From Laetmonice hystrix (Eukaryota), in NCBI GenBank assembly GCA_965235115.1, contig OZ249436.1:7316001-7380000 (forward strand): a DNA stretch of 64,000 nt, given 5' to 3'. Shown here one piece after another: positions 50,598-62,933 of the stretch. Below the pieces are notes generated by a model. It saw only the letters and a list, made by a program, of their open reading frames with translations. It had not been told where the DNA came from and did no database searches. The position numbers and the translations under genes were made by a program. Each line of letters opens with the position of its first letter. Positions within the stretch are counted from its first letter, which is position 1.

Positions 50598-51159
50598 AAG
50601 GACCCACAGTTCGCCATAATAAAACTATCTCCAGGAAGTGGTCTGGTACCAGGACCCACAGTTCGCCATAATAAAACTATCTCCAGGAAGTGGTCTGGTA
50701 CCAGGACCCACAGTTCGCCATAATAAAACTATCTCCAGGAAGTGGTCTGGTACCAGGACCCACAGTTATAAAACTCTCCAGGAAGTGGTCTGGTGCCAGG
50801 ACCCACAGTTATAAAACTCTCCAGGAAGTGGTCTGGTACCAGGACCCACAGTTCGCCATAATAAAACTATCTCCAGGAAGTGGTCTGGTACCAGGACCCA
50901 CAGTTCGCCATAATAAAACTATCTCCAGGAAGTGGTCTGGTGCCAGGACCCACAGTTCGCCATAATAAAACTATCTCCAGGAAGTGGTCTGGTGCCAGGA
51001 CCCACAGTTCGCCATAATAAAACTATCTCCAGGAAGTGGTCTGGTACCAGGACCCACAGTTCGCCATAATATAACTATCTCTAGGAAGTGGTCTGGTACC
51101 AGGACCCACAGTTCGCCATAATAAAACTATCTCCAGGAAGTGGTCTGGTACCAGGACCC
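50598..51159. repeat. 52-bp minisatellite (two adjacent 43-bp deletion units), about 11 copies
   Basis: Unit aggacccacagttcgccataataaaactatctccaggaagtggtctggtacc, with a ggtc-tggtacca-g-gacc stem across the junction. Confidence 0.97.
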
Positions 51160-54100
51160 TCGTCCCCTCACCAGTCGTTTATGGAAGGCTCTCTGAAAGG
51201 CAAACAAACACCATGACCTATTTACTGTCACTGCAGTGCCATCTTCCGGAATCTGCCGTAATAACGGGTCACATGACGTGCCCGGGCAGGTCAACACCAG
51301 TAAGAACCCACAAATCTTTGTTGTGTCCTTCATCCTTTAAAAAACTACCAAAACCAAAGTGTGGTTTCATGGACCAATATCGGCTCGCCCACATACAACA
51401 GATGGATTTCTTTAAATCTAAACTTGAGAGGAACTACCGGTAAATCAAGAACGTGAAAAAGATCGCACTGAGTGTGGGGAACATTATCTTACGGAGAGGG
51501 CGGCACTGAATGTAGGAGCGTGAACTCAATCGGCCTTTGTCTCCACAGTATGGTTAATCTCAGAGTTTAAAGTGGATTTAATGGATATGGGGTAGATAAG
51601 TGTGGGGAGACGGATTTGGTAGTATGTGTGTCACCACAATAAGGGCTGTGGCCCGTTTTGTATCAGTGGAGATAATATATGTCCTGGAAGCTGCAGGGTT
51701 TTATCGAGCTGGGAGTTTGCCAAGAGTCTAACCAAACAATCCTCCCAGTATAAACTGGAGGGAGCTGTCTGAAGATGAGAAAGCTCAGGGACAACACTGA
51801 AAGAAGATGGTCTAGCATGATGGAGACAACGACAGACAATCTACAGCATACAAGTCACTGGCAACTGGCGCAACATGTTTAAAATTGTTGGCCTTTGTAG
51901 TCAGTAGCAAATATGCTATATTCCATCTTGGGAATACGGATGGAAAGTTTAACACATATTGCCCTTTGGGGAAACGTCTCGAGTTGTCTCTAAAGGACCA
52001 TTTTGGCACGACTTGAAATTCACTTCCGTCATCCTCCTGCCCTTTTGGAGTGCAGGCACTTAAATTCAAGATGGCCACAGAATGTTGTAGTTTTAGATAA
52101 GAAGTGAAGGGTCCACATTCTTGGCTGGAATAACAAGCTGGAGGAAAAATACCCAAAACGTCCCGTCTGCTAATGGATCTCTTAAACTTAGCAGCAACAT
52201 TTTCTCTCCGATTCAATTTCTGACTCCCCCGTTCTATCTCTGGCCGGCTGCCCGTTCCCAAGTTCTATAGTATTTGCCCTATAGTACTGGAGATATGCTG
52301 AATAGCCAGGATTTTTTTCTAGCGAGTGTTTTTGTGTTGGAGATAAGGAAGGTGGTGGCCTTGCAGGCCCTGTATAAACCATTGAGAAGTGTGGGCGGGG
52401 TTTCAGTCTCAGTGCAGTGTGTTGGGTCCAATGCGTGCTGACAAAGCCACTGTTTTACTAGGGTATACCATCTTTCCCCCGAGTACTACCACCGATAACA
52501 AAACACAGTGACTGTGGCTGGGGTAGTACCACTCCAATAACCGGGTCACGGCCTTTACTATCGGGGTATCTTCACCCTGGCCATCTCCCCTACATCAGGG
52601 CGTACCTTCCCGGACCCTTCCCAACTATGGACAGGAAGAGACTGCCAAAGATTTCATGCATAAAATTAAAAACACTGGCGTGCCTTCCATATGATATCAT
52701 TGTGAGGTCACTCTGACTGGGGAATGAAGGTTTTTTATTGGGTAGTTGCATATCCGGATCATGAATGTACTTGAGAAAGTGCCCAGACGGCTGTCAGTGA
52801 GTGCAATCACCACCTTGGTCCATGATATAGTCCAGACGTTCCGCAGAGAATCTCACTGCTCAAACACACCTACGTGCTACTCGGTGCAGCTAACTCACTC
52901 ATCACACCAAAAATCTCAAAATTATTTATGATCCCAATCAGACGGCAGTCGTAGGAAGGATCTACTCATGAGAAGACTACTGCTCCTCACCACAACCATT
53001 ACCTTCCGATTCTGACACACGTTTGCTTATTCACACCCGAATGTTGCCATATGCCTGGACCTTCATCTGGAACTTTGTGAAACCTTTTTACAAATTTTAC
53101 CTCAAAAACCAAAGTTTATATCTACATCAAATATTTCTGGATGATTTAAGAGAATTTCATAAAAATTCGTAAACAGATCCTGATACAATATTTTCAGACT
53201 CTGTATCCTAAAAACTGAATCAAGAAGTCGATCTGTGATATCTGTACGGAGTCGTTGACCTATGGTAATAAAGTGTGAAAGTCCTAGCTATATTACCCTT
53301 CCAGATTACTGGCCAGACATGTTGGAGGAAGAGCAGATGGTATGTTTTGTGAGGAGCATCTGGCGGGAGGAATTGATGGCTGGTCCTGGGATCCCATAGT
53401 AAACTGAGAGCACTCTTACTGCCATTCTCCAGCCTACATAGGAGCTGGAGTTGGGCTTGATAGATGGGCTCACAGTTGGATCAGTCATTTTTAATAGGGC
53501 AAGTAATCCAGGTGGGTGCCCTCCGAAGACGGATTACCCCTACTCCTCTTCCAATACACCCCAGATGGGAACAGTACGGGGGTATTGGTAGGATGGGGGT
53601 AAGAAATGAAAGCCCCCAGGTGTACCACAAGGCTGTCCCCATCCTCCCTCATGCCTGTTACTTCACTTCATCAGTTCAACTATCTTCGTTTGGGACGGAT
53701 GAGACAAGGCCAGACAAGCTTTTCTTGAACTGGAAGTGGGAGCTGGAGAGAGGGGGGGGGGGGGTCCACCCTCTTAAATAGTCGGAGCAATCGGTACTTG
53801 GAGCTGTCATGTAGTGAGATAGCCCAATGTCCCTCTGATAGCCCTGTCTCCTCATGGCTCTCTTCCATACTCACCTCCTTGGGAGTCTCCATATCAAAGT
53901 AAGGCGGGAGCTCTACCTGCGGCCCTCAGCCTACAAAGAGGTAGCTCCCTGTGGTTTGTTTTCACCGCGCCAAACTCTAACGGACTGCCCTGATGTGACG
54001 TATGGCCACTGCTCAGTGAAAACAAACAGCAAGCCTCCGCCCGATACCACTTCCTGAACTGGTCGCCAACTTTTACCTTGTGTTTCTTGTCAGTTCTTTT

Positions 54101-54250
54101 GGCTCAGTCTTCTGGTATGTTACCAAACACTCGTTTAATGCTAGGTCAAAATATTATAGGTTGGGACGTATAGACAATACTTTACTCATTTAAATAGCTC
54201 CTGAAACTGTGATATCTGATTCTCATGACATTAACAGTGTTATCGTACCC

Positions 54251-54337
54251 CAGGGGCCCGTCTTACGAAGAATGTCACTCCCATAACCGGGGACATCTCC
54301 CAAACGCTGTTCCAATGGAGCGACATTTTTGTAAGAC
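54251..54337. mobile_element. Small foldback MITE remnant
   Basis: gtcttacgaagaatgtcactcccat versus (rc) gtcttacaaaaatgtcgctccat, preceded by caggggccc. Confidence 0.55.
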
Positions 54338-56433
54338 ACTTCACAACAGGGATATCCCCGATCTGGGACTTTGGTGGGGATTTTGATGGAGATTATCGTT
54401 GGTAAGACTGACCCCTAGTTTCACTATGGGATACTCTTGCTTCAATGATGGACAAACCCCTTATGTCAGAGACAATTTCTATGTTAATTTCAACTATGTG
54501 TACCTCTGATGTACACCTATAGACTTACGCGAGCCTACCAATGAACTGAGACATCTCGTCCGGAAATACCCGACTGGGACATTGTTCAAGGATACGGTAA
54601 CTCATCCAGTATATTTCTATAAATCAAACCATTTTATTGTTAAACGCCGCAAAAAGATAGTCCACACAGTAGTACTTGCTGTACAACATTTGCTGCTGAA
54701 ATGAAGTCCATTCGACTCGCCGGTTGCTGGAGCCAGTCGTGTGAAGGAATTCAACTCTCGATGCCTCGAATCAGGATGACGAATTGAGATTATTTTAAAT
54801 AAGCTTAAAAAATCTGTGGAAATATTCTATTTTCTTAACTCTAGTGTGGCGGCGGGGAGTCTGTGGTGGTGTGCCGGTCGATGGTACCGTGGCGGTGCAT
54901 CCCGTCCGGCTACCCGGGCCCCGTTATCGGGACTCATCACACTCAGCTCCAGTCTCTTGTTTACTACAGACAGCTGCTGCCCTCTTCAGGCCAGTATCAG
55001 AGTTAAGGGTGACACAGTTATCAGTGTTGTGGGAGCTTTCAGCACTGTCTGCTCCGCTCCAAGATCCGAACCCCAAGCTTCCAACCCCAATCACTAAAAT
55101 ACACAGTGTGACCAGCATGACCGTTAACAAAAATATCTTCTTCTAACTTCGTCTGATGCTTTTGGCAACTAGAAACGTGCCCGATTCCTCTCAAAAGAAG
55201 TTCTACAGTTTTGAGGTAAAAAACGCGAGCAGGGATGTGGGAGGGGGTGCATGTTCTCATTGCATGTGTGTGTTTATGTCTCTGTGTGCTGCTGGAGGTA
55301 GCCATCATGGCCGCTCTCTCCAGAACCACCGTCAGCATGCGGAAAGTATCAGACTCTCTCCTACCCCTGATGTGCAGTCCACAGTTTTTTCTCCTTCTGA
55401 CAACGTCTACCATCATCCTGGCAGTTTTTGCCACCACCTTGCACAAGGTATGCCTCAAAGTGAGTCTGGCGCGCATAAAATACAAGCGCAACCCCAACAT
55501 CTACTCATAAAAAACGGCCCCTACAATTTGCTATGTTCCTGGTATAAGTTACCTTACAGCTGCGAAAATCATTGCTAACGTGTTTCCATAGGTAACCTGA
55601 CACCGCTTGATGCCAATCAACGAACGCCATGCACAAATTAACACAAATCAACGCCAGGCTCTCATCTACTGCTTATTTTGCAGCGAACGGTTGGGACTTT
55701 ATAATATGGAACTTCACATTTCCCATGAATCTTAACAAAAATATCCTTGCAGTATGTGTTGCACATTAGTTTTTATTATTGTGATTGTCCCTTCGACATC
55801 ACCCATCTCTTAAAAAGTATCGTTTCCCATTTAACAACGTTTTTGACAGAGCGACCCCCTCTATTGATATTAATATAAAATAATGCAACTGGGCTATAAT
55901 TGGGATGAAATGTCTAACAGTGCAAGAGTAATATTGTCTCCCTTTTTGGACCAGCTGCCAGTTTGACTCGTTTGGCAGTGTTGTGAGACTGATCCCAACG
56001 TGAAGAGACCCTGCTGTATTGTCTCCAACTTCCAACCACTCCTAATCGGCAGAGTCAACACCCGGCAGACACGTACACTGTATACTGAGAGCCGAGCTCC
56101 TAAACATCTTCCTGATCCCCGTCATGATCTCTGGGGTGTTTCTCGTCACCCTTCACCCCTCCCTCCCTCCCGGCTACCCATCTCCCAGAGGGTACCCAAC
56201 AGTCTCCCTCCAAACATGTCAAAACATCCAAGTGAACACCAAGTAAGTTCAGCATACGTGTGGACCTCTCAACTTCTTCTCCAATCGCACTGAAGCCAGA
56301 GAATATTTCCCCCCCAGAAAAATATAATTCTTCTATCCTATCTATAGCTCTGCGTCTAGAAATAACATGGTTTGGTAGTGATCTCACTGCATCGACAGCT
56401 CAGACAAGGAATGGACAGAAGTTATATGCTTAC

Positions 56434-56490
56434 CTTCATTTGTACTTGGCTTCTGATCTCCGGGTGCGATGTCCAAACTTTGGAATTTAC
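56434..56490 (-). CDS. Mrtf: Probable upstream MRTF coding exon (57 nt, phase 1-1): KFQSLDIAPGDQKPSTNE
   Basis: Strong acceptor (tttctctgttctag|) and donor (GAAG|gtaagc). The exon is open, a multiple of 3, and its phase matches the 44612 acceptor. No recognisable motif, so the assignment rests on splice signals and phase. Confidence 0.55.
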
Positions 56491-59344
56491 CTAGAACAGA
56501 GAAACCAAGGCCACTTAATAATTTATACACCAATATCACCGTACATAAAAACAAAACTGCAGATACGATCGGTTTACAACTCTTAAAGCCCTTAACACTC
56601 TCAAACGAATAAGGAGGTCAGGAAGACTAAATATTTGGAATATGTTTGTCTGAGTATCAAACATCAACTTTGTATAATCATGACTGCCTGCATGTTGAAA
56701 CTGTACACGATTCATCCCTTCATGTTAATCGAGCTACTAATCTGACCAAGAAAGACCTTCCTATGCGAACTCCTAGTTGGGAAGTAAAGCCAGGGCATTG
56801 AGTTCTGGCTACGATGGGCACATTCAGAGCATCTTCTATGTAGGACAACTCCTCTGGCCTTTTTCCTACCTAACCTTTCATTTTCATTTTAACAAAGATG
56901 AGAAAGTAAAACAACTACGGGGCAATGTCAGTAAAAGTGTCTGAAATCAAGGTCAGTTAAACTAGGTCAAGGGGTAAATGTGCAGTATTGGAGGCTCAAA
57001 CTGTACTCCCCGGGTAGACAAAGGGAGAAGATGTATTACCTCAGTGGGGAGAGTGGTACAACACCGGGCAGAGCACCTTTAGCGGAGGAATCTCTCCATT
57101 GATGATACGACATGGGTTACAAATGGATCTCAGTGGGGGTTGGGGTGGGCTAGGGTTCAGAGGGCGTGAGCAAAATCAGCAGAGCACATTGTAGGTATGG
57201 CCCTCCCAAGGGTACCCTCTCCACCCCCTCCCAAACCAACCAACCCCTCCACACCCCAACTAACTATCTTCTCCGGAACTCGGTGCCTCTTACTCCTCAC
57301 ACGTGTGACAGCACAGATAGGGAAACATGTACTGGTAAGGAGGTCGCTGCTGTAACCGGGAGTCATCATTGAAGTCGGTCTCTCCCTCTCTGACCATTAG
57401 AGGGCGTCGCCGTCCCCTTCCAGCCTTATCACAACCTCAACATAAGCCCCGAGATAACTTTAACGGCAGCAGCTGCTCTGCCATCCTCCAGGCCTTTTTC
57501 TACCCCATCTAGGAGATCCTATCGTTTTATATGTCATCGTCATGGGAACATACACACACCAGGCCAAAGTGGCAAGCTGTGTTGTTCATTGGATGCTGGG
57601 GTGATGCGGTAGATCAGCTATGGTAATGGGGAAGTAAAACATGATTTAGGGGTTCTCTGTGGTTTTTGTGGCATGCACCCACTCATCACTGAACGTGTAT
57701 TTATAATGATACCGAACCTCTCACACTGTACGCTATAAATCCTACTCCACAGAATGTCGCACAATGAAAACAAATATTGTCAGACAAACAACACACATCC
57801 CTCTTCAAGACATCCTCACAAAATACACACCGTCTCCCTCCACAGACAGGTTCCCCCTCCCCTCCATGGAAAGACTCAATACTAACCCAGTATTTATCAT
57901 TTCATATGAATATAAACTAAGGCTAGCAATGATAAATACAAAGCATAGCATAAGTAAAGAGCACAAGTACATTGTACCTTTCTCATGAATTATGAAACCT
58001 TGCAGTCCTACTCTGCTAGTCCTTCAATGCAAAATACAGAATTTCAACCAAAGAAAACCTATGGGACCTAGTCAGACTGGAATGTATTTAGATTTGTCAA
58101 TAAATTTTAAAAAAATCAGGTACCTAAGATACTTTTGGTATTATAGAATAAACCACTGCCCTTGTATTTCTATGTGCTGTCGGAGGTATGTAACCATAAG
58201 TGATAGTTTCTGGGTCGTATTTAAAAGTGATAGTTACCGTCAACGACTTCTAAGGCTGATGAAGAATATCGGCAGATCAAGCCGTGCCGTCTACCAGCTG
58301 GTTTCAGACACCATTTCCTGCCCCCCCCCCCCCAAACCCTTCCACCCCGCACCCCACCCCCCATCCCCACTCCCACTCGACCCAAACCACACGCGTGCCT
58401 CATCAGTACATCATATACCAAATGGCCATAAACATACAATCTCTGACCCTGAAACTGTAAAAGACATAAACAATGACAAAATACCTATTTACCCTGACCC
58501 AAAACGGTTTTAACGACCGTTTAAAAAGTACAACAAATAACGTCTTTACCCCACCTGTACTCCGCCTGCACCATGGTATTTGATAATGTTGAAAGTCCCA
58601 GAGTGCAAGTTCGGAAGGACCAGGAGAAGGTAGCCTGGGAATGTTGGGGGAGGGGGAGAGGTACATCAGTAGGTTCAGGGCGCCCTGAGGGCACTGGGCT
58701 CCGGACGGCAGTGGCCCCGCCCCGTGCCCTCAGACACACGGACGGTCCCTGACACGGTGTCATCCCGGTGGCCCTGACCGGGGCCTCGGTCAACCCCGAC
58801 CGTTAGGTCCCCGTCCTGTCATACAGAACGGCAGGCCCAGCACGCTCCGCTCTGTCACTGATCGCTACCACATGGCTGTCATCACCTGTCGGAGTGTAAC
58901 AACCCGGTAACGGGACACCCTAGCCGGTCGGCCGCCAGGGCCCTGTCTGCCTGCCCCAGTTACTGGTGACACTTGTGCTACATGCCAGCCAGCACCCAGT
59001 GTCACCATGTCACTGTGTCACCAGCTGGAGCACGCCGCCGACACAGACATCGTGACCTGACACACTGGCACAGCTTATGACCCACCGCTTCCACTTCCTG
59101 GCCCCTAACCCGAGCATCAATCTCACAGCTACAACTCCAGGCTGCTGCTGGAACCTGGAGGTCCCGTCACCCGCTCTCAACTCACAGTTTGTACTGTCAC
59201 TGTGGGGCGACCTTATTCCAGACCATATGATACTTTATGACATGTCAGGCAGACGGGTGTTTTTTTCTTTCACATTTATCGACCCAGAATGTGGTAAATC
59301 TAGATCACCAGGACACTCACACTTCAACTTCCTTCCGTGTTACA

Positions 59345-59506
59345 CCCGAGAGGTCTAGTTCTTGGACAAACACTCGGCAGGTCTAGTTCTTTGACAAACC
59401 CGAGAGGTCTAGTTCTTGGACACTCGGCAGGTCTAGTTCTTGGACAAACACTCGGCAGGTCTAGTTCTTGGACAAACACTCGGCAGGTCTAGTTCTTGGA
59501 CAAACC
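59345..59506. repeat. ~28-bp minisatellite, about 6 copies
   Basis: Unit cggcaggtctagttcttggacaaacact. Confidence 0.92.
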
Positions 59507-61613
59507 TTGAATCTGTATCAAAACGTCCACCACCCTGAAACGTACAGCAACAAAATGCGGGAAACTTGGGATACTTTACTGGCCCAGAGTTCATTTACAA
59601 AATCATCCAAAACCGACATAATAATATGCGTTCACCCACCGTCAGAGCGATACGCTGCCTCCGCATAGAATTTGAAACCCCGTTTCTTTCCCAAGATACC
59701 ACCCAGAAATACAATTTTTGACCCGCAAATCCTGACTTATTACAACAATGTATGGGCCGGGTGGTAGGTGCCCCATGACGCTGGCCCTGTGCCCCATAGT
59801 TAGCCTTTACACATGTGGCTGCCACCTGAGGTCCCTCCCCCACAGGTCTTTTTTAACTGCTCGTTGAGGGTCCCCCCCCCCCGAATCTTGTGTTCGCTGT
59901 TTCCGGGGGTAATCCATTATGATGTGTGTCAGGGAGGCAGTTGCAACCTCTCAGCCATACTGACCCCCGCAGGCCTCTTGTACCCTCTCGGCTGACCTCC
60001 GGGGTTCCTACCCTCCTCAGTGACCCTAGTGGCTGTTACCTTCTTGATTGACCCTAGGGGTTCCCTGCCTGTCTGCATACCTCGATCTGTTTTCTCAAAA
60101 CCCAATCCACTCTTCTCAACCGTCGCATTCATACTTTCAAACACACTCGTGTATCTACCAATTCTTACCAATCTTACACAGTTTAAGTGCTAAAGAAGGG
60201 AACCGAAGTTTGAGATGGAAATTGTCTTGTAAGGCACTGATTTCTCCATTCTGAGTTGGGCCTGATAGGGTACAAGGATCCGATCCATCCCGAGCTGGGC
60301 CTGATAGGGTACGAGGATCCGAAGGTCAGGGGTGAGGACAAAGATGAATGATCAAGGCGCACGCAGTGAGCCTCTCTCTCGATCTCTGATTGGGAGCACC
60401 AGCTGAGAAGACAACTGATTGACAACTACTCTCTGACCGACTTTCCTTACCATGAGATGACCTTGACCCCCGTCCCGACTGATCCCATTTGGCTCGCTAA
60501 GGTGAAAAATCGCCCCAAGTAAAGGCATCTGCCAGTTACTGCGTCCTAAATAATTCTGATGAAATATGTCCTAACATGCATTTAACTGAGGTGTACGTTC
60601 CCATATTTCATATCGTTCCACGTTCCCATATTTCATATCTTTGCAAACTTGGGCTAGGATATATGAAACGGGAGAGTGCACATGCATTAAAAATGCCACC
60701 CTGGTCTTTCCTTATTACAGGGTTTCAGGGTTAGAAAAGGTGAAAATCCGCAAACAACTAATCTGTATCAGAAGTGTACATGACCAACAAAACCGTGAAA
60801 AAGATAAATTGAAAATAAATTCGACAACTCTCTAAATTGACCAGTTCTTTGGGATTTTTCTTTTGGTCATACATTCAGCCTGATCTAATTCAATTTTAAT
60901 CTCCCGACGGATCTGCCTTCTCCCATTGGCAAAAAATAGGTCAATGTCCGTCCTTGACCTTGCCGACAATGTCAGTGATTTGAGCAGCGGGGACGGTAAG
61001 GGGGGCATACTCAGTGAGTGTGTGGTCCCCGGACAATCTACCCTCCTCTCCTCCTCCAGGCCTGGAGGCGGCCGTACAGAGAGAGGCCCCAGGTATGATG
61101 ACAGTCTGGAGTAAACAATCTACACAGGAGGCAGGTATTTGGCACTGGAGTGATCACCTCGTCGTCGGTAAACACCCACAGTCTATGTATCTTCCGGGCC
61201 CCCAGGACTTCAGAAATGTGCCAACACTGCACCATTGCCTCCTGCTGCTACTGCCTCTGTTGTGCATTGATCTGCCCGGCTCAAAGCCCCCCCCCCCCTC
61301 CTCCTCCTCCTCCTGCTCCTCGACACAGTCACGGAGTCTATCCACTCCAGCGCCTCCTCCCACGCCTCCTAACTGGGTCACGGCCGGGAATGTTACAAGA
61401 TGTCAGGGGCCGGGGTTGAGGCGTTCTCATGGCGCTCGGTCATGGTGTAGGGTATGATGGAACAATATGTTGAGGGTGATTGGATGATGGGGTGCGGGGC
61501 CATGGGGAAACTATGGCAAGGTGATGAGTTACAGAACCTTGTGGAGTTACGTGAACCAACGAGACGTTGCGAGAACCAAACACCGACACCAGCCAGTGTT
61601 GGTGGTCCAGCGA

Positions 61614-61740
61614 CGTGGCAAGACGTGCCGTGTGCAGTCGGAGGTGGCAAGACGTGCCGTGTGCAGTCGGAGGTGGCAAGACGTGCTGTGTGCAGTCGGA
61701 GGTGGCAAGACGTGTCGTGTGCAGTCGGAGGTGGCAAGAC
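61614..61740. repeat. 29-bp minisatellite, about 4.3 copies
   Basis: Unit gtggcaagacgtgccgtgtgcagtcggag. Confidence 0.92.
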
Positions 61741-62333
61741 CCAGCTTGCCTTTCCTGAGACCTGTCTCTGTTTGTAAACACAGCTGATGAGCTCTGGGGG
61801 GCCATGGGAGCCCTGAGGGGGGGGGGGGGGCGGATCCAGGATAGGGTGGGGATAGGTCTCCCGGTGCCCCGTTGCCGGGTGACACACCCTTCCTTCACCC
61901 CCCAGGATCTGGCAGACTGAATACCACAAATGCCCACACCTACATACAATCTCGAAGACCCCAACAAAGCTTCCGTGTGGGTGGAGCCACAGCCGCCAAT
62001 ATTATGTCTGAAAATTACTCGGGGTTCTTGTGTAATTCTCTAGTAGGTGCTTCACGATGAGGTAAATGTTCCCTTGGTACATGTTCCAGCGACCGTAGTG
62101 TACAGTCGGTTCAGGCTCTAACATTACGGGCCTGGTCTCAACCATTAATAGCCGTCCAACAATGGAGGTCATTGTAAATCCCTTTACTATACTATAGCGA
62201 ATACAACGGGCCATAAAAATAAAACCCGCACGTTTAGTAGAAAAAATAATTTGGGTTCAGATATGAATAAGTGCTTTTGGTTTCAGGACAAGCTTTCCGA
62301 GGATATTTCGCGGATCAATTCTTCGAGATACTC

Positions 62334-62424
62334 TACTCATTCCTGCAGGTCCCACTCATTCCTGCAGGCCCCACTCATTCCTGCAGGTCCCACTCATTCC
62401 TGCAGGTCCCACTCATTCCTGCAG
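62334..62424. repeat. 19-bp minisatellite, about 4.7 copies
   Basis: Unit actcattcctgcaggtccc. Confidence 0.92.
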
Positions 62425-62706
62425 ATCTCAGACACGTCAAATACCTTGGTCAGGTGACCTGTGGCGAGGAATATCTAACCTTCCCCAAACAGAAACCTAT
62501 AGGTGGGTGGGCATGGTGAAGCAGGTGGACTGGGGGCAACTCGAGGCCCGGGATATGCACCCCCCAGTGACAACGCTATCCGTCCACTCACTCCCAACGT
62601 ATCATATCTTCAACACGTGGCCTCCAGCCTCGGCTGGTTGTGTCGAGTACTGTCCGCTGATATACTTGCCACTGCAAGATTTACTTCGGCCAATCTACTT
62701 CCTTTT

Positions 62707-62736
62707 CTATCCTATCCTATCCTATCCTATCCTATC
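62707..62736. repeat. (CTATC)n pentanucleotide microsatellite
   Basis: ctatcctatcctatcctatcctatcctatc. Confidence 0.9.
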
Positions 62737-62793
62737 CACAGCTCATCCTCTTGGGTACCTATTCAGGGGCGGATCCAGGTTTGTGCCAACCGT

Positions 62794-62933
62794 CACAGCA
62801 CCCTCCTTTGGTCTTCCTCTACTTAGGGCTACACCCAACGGGTTAAATTCACAGCACCTCTTTTGGTCTTCCTTTACTTAGCGCTAAAGCCAACGGGTTA
62901 AATTCACAGCCCCTCTTTTGGTCGTCCTCTACT
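62794..62933. repeat. 55/56-bp tandem repeat, about 2.5 copies, just downstream of a hAT-like end (caggggcggatccag, 62764-62778)
   Basis: Unit cacagcacctcttttggtcttcctctacttagcgctaaagccaacgggttaaatt. Confidence 0.8.

Noticed and set aside
53868-53892. ATG GAG ACT CCC AAG GAG|gtgagt as the first coding exon of Mrtf
   Set aside because: The donor is phase 0, whereas the 44612 acceptor needs phase 1. It also lies downstream of the 56434 exon. It would need an unseen extra exon.
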